Made by a program: the position numbers and the translations under genes. Of a stretch of DNA of 13,401 nt, positions 5,540 to 12,147 are shown one piece after another. The DNA is from a virus (Duplodnaviria > Heunggongvirae > Uroviricota > Caudoviricetes): IMG/VR virus record IMGVR_UViG_2737471844_000004, positions 1 through 13,401 of that record. One strand, 5' to 3'. Within the stretch, counting starts at the first letter, position 1. The number at the start of each line of letters is the position of its first letter. The notes below the pieces were generated by a model. That model was not told where the DNA came from, did not search any database, and worked only from the letters and a program-made list of their open reading frames with translations.

Positions 5540-7288
5540 TTATAAAAATTCCTCGGTTCTCTCCGTTTGTATAACGTTGGTTTGTATTCGTCCTTTAAAA
5601 CCTCTTGTCAGGTATTCAGCCCCATATTCTCTTGCTGCTGACTTCATGGCCTTACCAAAATCACCGACACTTAATATTTCTTCTTCCCCCATATACTCCA
5701 TAAAGGCGAGATATAGTCTGTACAGGCTTGTACGCGGATTAAGATCAGTTAATCTCTTACCGCCTCCCATCATCATCCCATGCGGTTCATCAAGAAATGC
5801 AAGCGCCGCACATAACCCAATGACAGGATCAGTTTCCTGTTTTATTTTCAGAGCTTCGGCACCGTCGCGCTGCTCCAACAATAATTCCCGTGCTTTTTCT
5901 GGATCGGAAAAGTTAGCCAGTAATCGACGAATAATGACAGGTATTTCCGCCGCTATCTTTTGCGGTAACTCTTTATCCTTTTCGGTCTCCCTTACAATAT
6001 TATCGAACCGAAAAATTACACGTCGACGCGCAACGCCTCCGGCCCGTTCGGTGAATGTCATCGGCACGTTATTTGTTGCCAGCACGACGGACCTGATAAT
6101 TGTTGTGAAACGCTTTTCATATTTCGGGTTAATTTCAACTGGATCTCCACCCGTTATTTTTTTGATGCCGGATCCTTCACCTGTATATTTCGGCTGGTCT
6201 GCCAGGACAATAAGACGACTTCCGACAACCTGCGCACGCCCGCCAGCATCATCAAGCGATGTCATTTCAGCGCTTACCGTGTTCTGTTTCCCTGCCAGAA
6301 GGGTGGCTATGTGCGTGATTGTGCTCTTGCCGCTCCCGCCTTCCCCTGTGGCCTCAATAAACATCTGCCAGTCGTACCGGTTCGCCATAATCATGTACAG
6401 CGCGGCGCATATACGCATCATCTTTCGCGGGTCTTTTCCTGCGGCGTGATCAAGCCATTTATGAAAGTTTGGCGCGTTGTCGCGGATGTTCTCCCCTGGT
6501 ACTGGTGGCGTGTACTCAATGCCGTTATGCGTGGTGATCCAGTTATCCGGCGAGTGCGGGGAAAATTCGCCAGTTTTCATGTCAAGCACGCCATTAGAGA
6601 ACGGCAATAAATCACCTGACGGTTCCCCCATTGGCCTGGCCATAACTTTTAAAGCATCCACAGCATTACTTATTGCTCTCCGACTAAACGATGTTCCGTT
6701 TTCTTCGTAAATAGCCACCATTTCACGACTAAGATCCAGTGTGCTTACCGGAACCCAAAAATCATCGCGCCAGACGTGGACAACCTCACTCTCCTGATTC
6801 ATTGCTACATCCTGAAATCGTTCAGCTAAAAGTTTTGCCCTTTGGCTGTCCGCCATTCTGGAAAGAGATATTTTGTGTTTTTTCTCGGTCCTTCCTGACA
6901 GAATTTCTCCGCGCTCAGCCTGTTCGCGGATCCGTTGCAGGTAGTCGCGCCAGTTCTCCGGTTCCTGGTCGGTGATGCCTTTGTATAATTTCGCCTCCTG
7001 TACGCCAGCCAGCGCCAGCTTTTCAGCGATAGTATTGATCTGGATTGGCTCTATCTCCCCCGCGATATAGACACGCGCAAAACGGCGTTTCTCGTCAATA
7101 ATGCGGATATTCGCCAGGTCTGCCAGTTGCTTTGGCCCCAGGTAAACAGGAGGCACGTTATCGCCGTGTTTTCGTCCTTCACTTTCAATCCAGTGTTGAG
7201 CATGGGCGTAAGCATCCGTCCCGGCAAAAATGATTACCTCAGTGAATTTATCCTTCGGCTGATATTTTAGACTCGGTGCGTTTTTCAC
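5540..7288 (-). CDS. P4-family phage/plasmid primase-helicase (D5-type NTPase), replication initiator
   Basis: 582-aa ORF. Walker A GEGGSGKS is encoded at 6346-6323; a Walker-B-like LIVLADQP lies downstream. The overall pattern resembles the C-terminal domain of P4 alpha / D5-family primases. GTG start at 7288 with the SD GGAGG 6 nt upstream, overlapping the upstream stop as GTGA. An iteron ori follows. Confidence 0.85.
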   Translation of the reverse strand: MKNAPSLKYQPKDKFTEVIIFAGTDAYAHAQHWIESEGRKHGDNVPPVYLGPKQLADLANIRIIDEKRRFARVYIAGEIEPIQINTIAEKLALAGVQEAKLYKGITDQEPENWRDYLQRIREQAERGEILSGRTEKKHKISLSRMADSQRAKLLAERFQDVAMNQESEVVHVWRDDFWVPVSTLDLSREMVAIYEENGTSFSRRAISNAVDALKVMARPMGEPSGDLLPFSNGVLDMKTGEFSPHSPDNWITTHNGIEYTPPVPGENIRDNAPNFHKWLDHAAGKDPRKMMRICAALYMIMANRYDWQMFIEATGEGGSGKSTITHIATLLAGKQNTVSAEMTSLDDAGGRAQVVGSRLIVLADQPKYTGEGSGIKKITGGDPVEINPKYEKRFTTIIRSVVLATNNVPMTFTERAGGVARRRVIFRFDNIVRETEKDKELPQKIAAEIPVIIRRLLANFSDPEKARELLLEQRDGAEALKIKQETDPVIGLCAALAFLDEPHGMMMGGGKRLTDLNPRTSLYRLYLAFMEYMGEEEILSVGDFGKAMKSAAREYGAEYLTRGFKGRIQTNVIQTERTEEFL

Positions 7289-7575
7289 TTCTTACCTCCC
7301 GCAACCAACATTGCCCGGATTTTTTTTATATTCGTGGCTGCACGTCTCGCCACTGCCTGTTGTTTGTTTTCCACCAGAATAAAATCACGATCAAACTGAC
7401 GGCGCGGCATTACGCAGTCATATTCGTAAGCCTCACGGCGGTAGGTGATATTGCCTGGCGTAACGTGACGAATAACCACCCGTCCCCCGCGTCTGGTGTC
7501 CCGGAAAATATCACCGGGGCGGATTTCAGGCCGAGAGAGGCCGCTGGCAGTAAAGCCAGAATTTTTCTTTTTCAT
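7285..7575 (-). CDS. Small basic protein, possibly DUF4222-like
   Basis: 96-aa ORF. 'IRPGDIFRDTRRGGRVVIRHVTPGNITYRREAYEYDCVMPRRQFDRDFILV' resembles the DUF4222 pattern I recall from genes just upstream of primases in P4-like prophages. Confidence 0.45.
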   Translation of the reverse strand: MKKKNSGFTASGLSRPEIRPGDIFRDTRRGGRVVIRHVTPGNITYRREAYEYDCVMPRRQFDRDFILVENKQQAVARRAATNIKKIRAMLVAGGKK

Positions 7576-7579
7576 GGTT

Positions 7580-7780
7580 TTATTTTCCTGTCAGCAGTTC
7601 CGGTTTTATTTCCGCACGAATACAAAGTTCAGAAAAAAATTCAGGAGAACCAACAATCTCATTACTTTTCAGTCGGCATTGTGATTTCACTTTCCCTTTA
7701 TCCAGGTAAACCAGTACGCGTCCGGTGAAATCATCTGGCACATTAAGCACTACGGGTACATGCACTTCATGATTATGCAT
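7580..7780 (-). CDS. Hypothetical protein with one copy of a ~45-aa 'D-FTG' repeat domain
   Basis: 66-aa ORF. Its ATG overlaps the upstream stop as ATGCATAA. The domain FTGRVLVYLDKGKVKSQCRLKSNEIVGSPEFFSELC aligns with both repeats of the 7999-8364 product. Confidence 0.6.
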   Translation of the reverse strand: MHNHEVHVPVVLNVPDDFTGRVLVYLDKGKVKSQCRLKSNEIVGSPEFFSELCIRAEIKPELLTGK

Positions 7781-8006
7781 GGCTTACATCCTCCGTGAAT
7801 TTTCTTCTGTAACGCGCCTCTGCCACATATTCCGCATAGTCCGACGCAATACTAAGAATCATTTCACCCTCTGACTTGTAGCCACTGGTATTGATAAGAA
7901 AATATGCAGCTTTCATCATGTCAGCAACGCTCAACAATGCGCCCGATGTATCTTCCGGTGCGCCATCAAATTCCCGTTTCAGGGAATTAAAACGATCATC
8001 ACGCAT
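7773..8006 (-). CDS. Hypothetical small acidic protein
   Basis: 77-aa ORF, overlapping both neighbours by 8 nt. No family recognised. Confidence 0.55.
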   Translation of the reverse strand: MRDDRFNSLKREFDGAPEDTSGALLSVADMMKAAYFLINTSGYKSEGEMILSIASDYAEYVAEARYRRKFTEDVSHA

Positions 8007-8364
8007 GTTTACCCCCCTGAATGACCTGATAACCGCAACTGGTCAGCAACTCGATAAATTCCGGCAGTGTGCCGAAACAGCAATCATCACGCAGCCGTTC
8101 GCAGGATACCTCGACGCCGTTTTCGTAGTGACTCACCATACGTCCGGTAAAATGCAGATCATCATCGTGATGGCTCGTTGACGGCTTAATCAGTCGCGCA
8201 CGTTCCGCCAGTTCCAGCAATGCTTCAACGCTTCCGGCAATTGCACCATCCGGCAGGTGGTAATTACGCACTATGCGCCCGTTCTCCACATGGACCAGTA
8301 GCTGCCCGGTAAATTTCTCGTCAAACTGAATGCTGTTAAGGTCAGAAATTGACAGGTTATGCAT
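7999..8364 (-). CDS. Hypothetical protein with two tandem 'D-FTG' repeat domains
   Basis: The track ORF extends to 8382. The ATG at 8364 (MHNLSISD...) overlaps the upstream stop as ATGCATAA and is preferred. Repeats: FTGQLLVHVENGRIVRNYHLPDGAIAGSVEALLEL and FTGRMVSHYENGVEVSCERLRDDCCFGTLPEFIELL. Confidence 0.65.
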   Translation of the reverse strand: MHNLSISDLNSIQFDEKFTGQLLVHVENGRIVRNYHLPDGAIAGSVEALLELAERARLIKPSTSHHDDDLHFTGRMVSHYENGVEVSCERLRDDCCFGTLPEFIELLTSCGYQVIQGGKHA

Positions 8365-8581
8365 GGTGCACCTCCTGCACATCAGCCATGATAATTTTTC
8401 CGGCCTTATCCAGTGCCTGATCGGCTTTTAGCTGCACAAATGCTAAATAATGGGAGATGCATTCTGATTCTCTGGCTGCGTGTTTATGCGCCACACCAGC
8501 GATAGCAGAAATCTCAATAAGTGAATCCATCAGCGTTTTGATAGCGTCTACCGCTGCATCAGGCCATGTTGCATTACACAT
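8357..8581 (-). CDS. Hypothetical small protein
   Basis: 74-aa ORF. Its ATG at 8581 overlaps the upstream stop as ATGTGTAA. No family recognised. Confidence 0.55.
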   Translation of the reverse strand: MCNATWPDAAVDAIKTLMDSLIEISAIAGVAHKHAARESECISHYLAFVQLKADQALDKAGKIIMADVQEVHHA

Positions 8582-8939
8582 GTTCCACCTCCTGGCGAAT
8601 ACGGGCGGCGAATACCATCACGCAGCCATCAGGAGATTGCTGACGTGCTTCCTGTTCGCTGGTGGCCTCGATGTGAATTACGCGCGGTTGTGCCGTGCTC
8701 AGGGCGATAAAACGCCAGATAAAATTGTTCTCGCATTTCTGAATAAACAGCGTGTTTTCTTCGCGCCCTTTCCATGTTGCCGAGATATAGCCCATGTCAT
8801 TGAGCATCTCGCAGGCATCAACCAGCGTATCAGCAGCTACGTGTACAGTGTTTTTACCGTCAGCTATGCAATCACGGTGCACCGCCAGGAAGGTGTATAT
8901 AAATTTAGGGTGAGTTTGGGTATGCTGTGTTCCAGCCAT
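8574..8939 (-). CDS. First gene of the replication operon; possibly Icd-like (host cell division inhibitor-like)
   Basis: This is the 3' part of the 510-aa track ORF. An internal ATG at 8939 (MAGTQHTQTHPKFIYTFLAV..., 121 aa) has the SD GAGG 8 nt upstream and lies about 90 nt downstream of a good sigma70 promoter. 'HPKFIYTFLAV' resembles N-termini of proteins annotated Icd-like in P4-like prophages; this is weak recollection. Confidence 0.5.
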   Translation of the reverse strand: MAGTQHTQTHPKFIYTFLAVHRDCIADGKNTVHVAADTLVDACEMLNDMGYISATWKGREENTLFIQKCENNFIWRFIALSTAQPRVIHIEATSEQEARQQSPDGCVMVFAARIRQEVEHV

Positions 8940-8969
8940 AATCGTTACCTCATTTAACGGTTTGGTTAG

Positions 8970-9003
8970 ACGCCCCGCTACTGCCGCAAACAGTTCGGGG
9001 CGT
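8970..9003 (-). promoter_or_regulatory. Leader hairpin in the 5' UTR of the replication operon
   Basis: ACGCCCCG (8970-8977) and CGGGGCGT (8996-9003) form an 8-bp GC-rich stem with an 18-nt loop, between the predicted TSS (~9030) and the ATG at 8939. No U-tract on either strand. Confidence 0.35.
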
Positions 9004-9028
9004 TGTCGTTTACATCCTCTTACTGAGG

Positions 9029-9104
9029 TGTGATTTAAATTAAATTTAACTGAATCACAGGTCAAGTATTTTTTGTGATTCTTTTTTGTGTATACTGAAT
9101 CACA
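9029..9104. promoter_or_regulatory. Twin palindromic operators in the divergent switch region
   Basis: O1 is TGTGATT-N17-AATCACA (9029-9059). O2 is TGTGATTC-N15-GAATCACA (9074-9104). Both span 31 bp and are offset by exactly 45 bp; CTGAATCACA is repeated at 9050 and 9095. O1 covers the minus-strand promoter. O2 covers the putative plus-strand -10 TATACT (9091-9096). Confidence 0.6.
9037..9065 (-). promoter_or_regulatory. Sigma70-type promoter for the minus-strand replication operon
   Basis: On the minus strand: -35 TTGACC (9065-9060), a 17-nt spacer, then -10 TAATTT (9042-9037). It overlaps operator O1. Confidence 0.5.
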
Positions 9105-9126
9105 TCTTTTGTTTAGGAGAATGCAC

Positions 9127-9432
9127 ATGGCAAAAAACACTATCAACGACAAATCAAAACAGATTTCAATTCGTATCCCACATGATGCTTTTGAAGGCAT
9201 GGAATCCGTAAAACTGGACGGTGAAAGCAACGCCGGATTCATAGTAACCGCCATGCGCGGTGAGATCGCCCGCCGCCAGGCAGAAGGAAGCGGAGAAAAT
9301 CCCCTGGTTTCTTCGCTCGATGCGCTGGCGCAGGTGGAAAAAATCGGAGTCAAAGCTGCCGAGGAGATCGGGCAGCTCGTCACCGTCGCACGTGAAGAAC
9401 TCCAGCGCCGCAAGGCCAAAGAATCAGAATAA
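9127..9432 (+). CDS. Small DNA-binding regulator (ribbon-helix-helix-like N-terminus, coiled-coil C-terminus); candidate switch repressor
   Basis: The track ORF starts at 9088. The ATG at 9127 (MAKNTINDKSKQISIRIPHDAFEGMESVKLD...) lies 6 nt after AGGAGA (9115-9120). 'QISIRIPHDAFEGM' looks like an RHH beta-strand plus helix. It is divergent from the replication operon, with the operators in between. Confidence 0.65.
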   Translation: MAKNTINDKSKQISIRIPHDAFEGMESVKLDGESNAGFIVTAMRGEIARRQAEGSGENPLVSSLDALAQVEKIGVKAAEEIGQLVTVAREELQRRKAKESE

Positions 9433-9489
9433 TAACTATCATCGCCGTGGTGTGAGGAACTCCGGCGCATTGCTTTACAGGTACACAGA

Positions 9490-9684
9490 ATGACCAACAA
9501 AGAATCAACCAATACACCATCACCGGCACGGAAAAGACGGCGCAGAAAGATAGAGCACGAATCAGAAAGATTCGCGCCATGTGCTTTTGCCCTTGAGCAA
9601 TTCCTTAAAGAGTACAGGCGCACAAAAATGGGATCGCATACCTGGAAAACATCGCGGCATGGCAATGTTAAAGAGCATGAATAG
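9490..9684 (+). CDS. Possible small basic protein (very uncertain)
   Basis: 64-aa ORF downstream of the RHH-like gene (MTNKESTNTPSPARKRRRRKIEHE...). There is no convincing SD, and it lies antisense to the long minus-strand frame. Confidence 0.2.
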   Translation: MTNKESTNTPSPARKRRRRKIEHESERFAPCAFALEQFLKEYRRTKMGSHTWKTSRHGNVKEHE

Positions 9685-10106
9685 CCCACCAGCAAGCCAG
9701 CACACTGATCACATTGCCCACCAGCCGCAAATCTGGCATTGTTGGCAATGTGTTCAAGTGTGTAGCTTTCCCACTGGTGGCCCTCTGCAGTCGCCTTTGT
9801 TTTATCCAGAACGAAATCAGACATCAGATTGATCAGCACCTGGTGACCTGACAAAATCGCATCAGTCACGCCACCAGCAAAATTTTTTGCTTTCCGGACA
9901 GCGTGGCCAACGGCATTTTGCAGCGAAATATTCTGCATTTCTGGCGTGCTGTAGTAACGGTGATCAGTGCCTTCACTCTGTGCGACCACAACGCTATAAT
10001 CTGCCTCGTAGACAGTAAGCAATATGGCGCAGTAGGCTATTCGTTCACAAAGGCGCTCCGGCAACGGGGCGCTTTCTCTTTTTGTAACGGTCAGAGCGTT
10101 ACACAT
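9685..10106 (-). CDS. Coding-looking 5' segment coupled to the antirepressor gene; 3' end unresolved (no stop until 8574)
   Basis: The ATG at 10106 overlaps the upstream stop as ATGTGTAA. The first ~135 residues (MCNALTVTKRESAPLPERL...YTLEHIANNARFAAGG) have protein-like composition, after which the frame turns Ser/Cys/Arg-rich. The lower coordinate is a judgement, not a stop codon. Confidence 0.3.
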
Positions 10107-10899
10107 GGCTGTTTTCCTCCATGCGACGGGCTAACCAACGCTGCGAAAGGCGAATTAATTCAGCTTTCCGCTGGTGGTAGTCCTGGCCTAACTCAATCAG
10201 CGTGATATTGCTCTGCTCAAGGTAAGAAAGGTGCTCAAGCTGCAACACGCTCATGTGGTCGCGTGGTTCACCTGTAATGCCGTTCGCCTGCGCCCACTGT
10301 TTTGCAGTCATGCCACCCAGCACGATACGCGCCAGCATGTTCGCTTCCGTGGTGTAGTGGTGCTGGAGTGTGTTTTTACCCAGTTCAGCCCGGTACGCCT
10401 CCAGCGCGGCACACATTGGCTTAAAGTAGCTGGCAACTGTGATACGGGCTTTCAGTTCCCGGCGTAACGCTGCGGAACGTACAGGCGCAACCTTGTGTAG
10501 CTCCTCCTCGCATTTGATAAAGTACTGACGAACGGCGCGCCCCTGTTCGGTGCGCTCGACCATCGCCAGTTCTTTCGCCATGTTGATAGTGCTCAGGTAG
10601 TCGTGCTCTACACGTTGGCGAGATTTTGCGCTCACCGGATTGGGGGAGGTCAAATTTTCTACGAATTCAAAATCCACGCCCTTTTTAAATCCGTACTCAT
10701 CAATGCGTCCTTTAATCCAAGTTGTGAAATCACGCTTCACACCCAGCGCCTTATGCAACGCTCTGGCGCTAACAATATTGGTTTCACGCCCGCCAATAAC
10801 GCCGGAAATAACCGGGATAATTTCGCCGAAATTTTGTTGGCTCTGGTTTTCAGGCCGAACGAAGCCCTGCCCCTGTACGGGCGTTTTTCGCAGTTTCAT
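10099..10899 (-). CDS. Phage antirepressor-type protein (AntA/Rha-like N-terminal domain)
   Basis: 266-aa ORF. 'IVSARALHKALGVKRDFTTWIKGRIDEYGFKKGVDFEF ... DYLSTINMAKELAMVERTEQGRAVRQYFIKCEEEL' matches the AntA/AntB antirepressor pattern as I recall it (ARdLh..Lgv..dFs.Wik.rI..y.f..g.Df ... dy.l.l.mAKel.Mve....G...R.YFI..E). The SD AGGAG lies 5 nt upstream. Confidence 0.75.
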   Translation of the reverse strand: MKLRKTPVQGQGFVRPENQSQQNFGEIIPVISGVIGGRETNIVSARALHKALGVKRDFTTWIKGRIDEYGFKKGVDFEFVENLTSPNPVSAKSRQRVEHDYLSTINMAKELAMVERTEQGRAVRQYFIKCEEELHKVAPVRSAALRRELKARITVASYFKPMCAALEAYRAELGKNTLQHHYTTEANMLARIVLGGMTAKQWAQANGITGEPRDHMSVLQLEHLSYLEQSNITLIELGQDYHQRKAELIRLSQRWLARRMEENSHV

Positions 10900-10977
10900 A
10901 AAAACTCCTGCTATCGAATTAAGTTACTTTTTATTTGCTGGTGGATAGCTGGGGCTTCTGGCCCCGTAGCTGTTTTA

Positions 10978-11196
10978 TCAGGCTGATGTGTTTCGGCGTT
11001 CTTCCAGCCAGCGATTAACCTCTACCGCATCGAATGCAGTGCTTTTCTCACCCAGTTTGATGGGCTTAGGCATCTTCCCGCTACGCACCCAACGATCGAG
11101 CGTTGATAAGCTGGTACCCAGCAATTCAGCCAGGCGATAGCGGCGGATATAGCCAGTTGCAGGGATTGCGGTTTGAAGTATTGGTTGGTTTTTCAT
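10978..11196 (-). CDS. alpA: AlpA-family transcriptional regulator/excisionase-like HTH protein
   Basis: 'YIRRYRLAELLGTSLSTLDRWVRSGKMPKPIKLGEKSTAFDAVEVNRWLEERR' fits the AlpA (Phage_AlpA) pattern. The track ORF extends to 11289, but that upstream part looks non-coding. Likely starts are the ATG at 11196 or 11205. Confidence 0.8.
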   Translation of the reverse strand: MKNQPILQTAIPATGYIRRYRLAELLGTSLSTLDRWVRSGKMPKPIKLGEKSTAFDAVEVNRWLEERRNTSA

Positions 11197-11308
11197 ATGC
11201 CCCATTACCTTTGTTGTTGGTTTGTGATTCGTAATAGGGGCATTAAATAACAAATGAAATGATGTGTGTGTGAGTTTTAGAAAAAACACTGTGACTTTTC
11301 TTATTTCA

Positions 11309-12091
11309 CTATCTAAAACGCTCTCGCCAGCTTTTCCAAGTGTTCTTATCTGGTTGTGGGATTACAATGCCTTTTTGAGCACCTATTTGTGCAATTTTTT
11401 TATTTAACTTGTTAGGCGGCAAAGATATTATCTCATTGTCTGTTAATCCGGCAATTCTTAATAATCCATATATCATTTTAAATTGATGTATTGTTAATCT
11501 TGGTAACTTGTGATTTTCTTTTTTTATAGTGTTGTTTATGGAGTAAATTGGAAATCCATTTGTTATTGATTTATAAAGGTTGTCAATGTGCTCTCTGGTT
11601 ATTAATAATGAATCAGGTGTAATCTTAATGTTGCCGCTTGTTTTTGCATGGCATGAAAAAATAAATGTGGGATTCGCAGTGCGACGTGAAAGCGGTATGG
11701 ATGTATTCATAGAGATAGTTTTGTTTCTTACTATAGTCTCTTGAATATCAAAAACTCCAGAAACCTTTGCCTCAAAAATAACACCATTTTCTTTTATTTC
11801 ATCACTATATTCATGAATAATTATGCCAAGAGAGGAAATTTCTTTTTTGATGAGAAAAGAAATAAAATCAATATAGTCTTCATCCTTTGGCCATGTAAAA
11901 TCACGATAACCAAAATACCCCTCACAGTAAGCATTTTTTATTTTTGTGGCAAAATTAATTCTGTTAATATCCTGCCAATGCCATAAATCATCTATCTCAC
12001 ATTCTAAAATTTGAGCTGCTCTATCTAAAGAGCAGAATTCTAATGGAGGTAATTGTTTTTTTTGCCATATTGTTTCATTAATATTTGTCAT
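11309..12091 (-). CDS. AT-rich orphan protein (260 aa) between int and alpA; function unknown
   Basis: Complete ORF, about 33% G+C in a hand-counted 60-nt sample versus about 50% or more in the island core. No family recognised. The N-terminal 'LEFCSLDRAAQILECEIDDLWHWQ' and C-terminal 'LTDNEIISLPPNKLNKKIAQIGAQKG' look loosely HTH-like. Confidence 0.7.
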   Translation of the reverse strand: MTNINETIWQKKQLPPLEFCSLDRAAQILECEIDDLWHWQDINRINFATKIKNAYCEGYFGYRDFTWPKDEDYIDFISFLIKKEISSLGIIIHEYSDEIKENGVIFEAKVSGVFDIQETIVRNKTISMNTSIPLSRRTANPTFIFSCHAKTSGNIKITPDSLLITREHIDNLYKSITNGFPIYSINNTIKKENHKLPRLTIHQFKMIYGLLRIAGLTDNEIISLPPNKLNKKIAQIGAQKGIVIPQPDKNTWKSWRERFR

Positions 12092-12147
12092 GATTGCACT
12101 ACCGTTATGAAAAAATATATTCGTTAATGAATTAGCCTTAATGTCTA

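Noticed and set aside
5577-6449. 290-aa plus-strand ORF inside the primase/helicase gene
   Set aside because: It lies entirely antisense to a well-supported CDS. Its Ser/Arg/Pro-rich, low-complexity composition is typical of an antisense frame, and it has no SD.
8603-8611. GGGCGGCGA, matching 9 nt of the lambda cohesive-end sequence GGGCGGCGACCT as I recall it
   Set aside because: It lies inside a coding region, the match stops before the full 12-nt cohesive end, and none of the flanking cos context is present. Probably coincidence. No convincing cosN was found in 1245-2086 either.
10951-10965. GGGGC-ttctg-GCCCC hairpin between alpA and the antirepressor gene, considered as a terminator
   Set aside because: The stem is only 5 bp and no U-tract follows on the minus strand. 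At most it is a minor structural element.
10231-10986. Plus-strand ORFs (78, 127 and 102 aa) opposite the antirepressor gene
   Set aside because: They are antisense to a CDS with clear family motifs, and they show no SD or coherent domain pattern.
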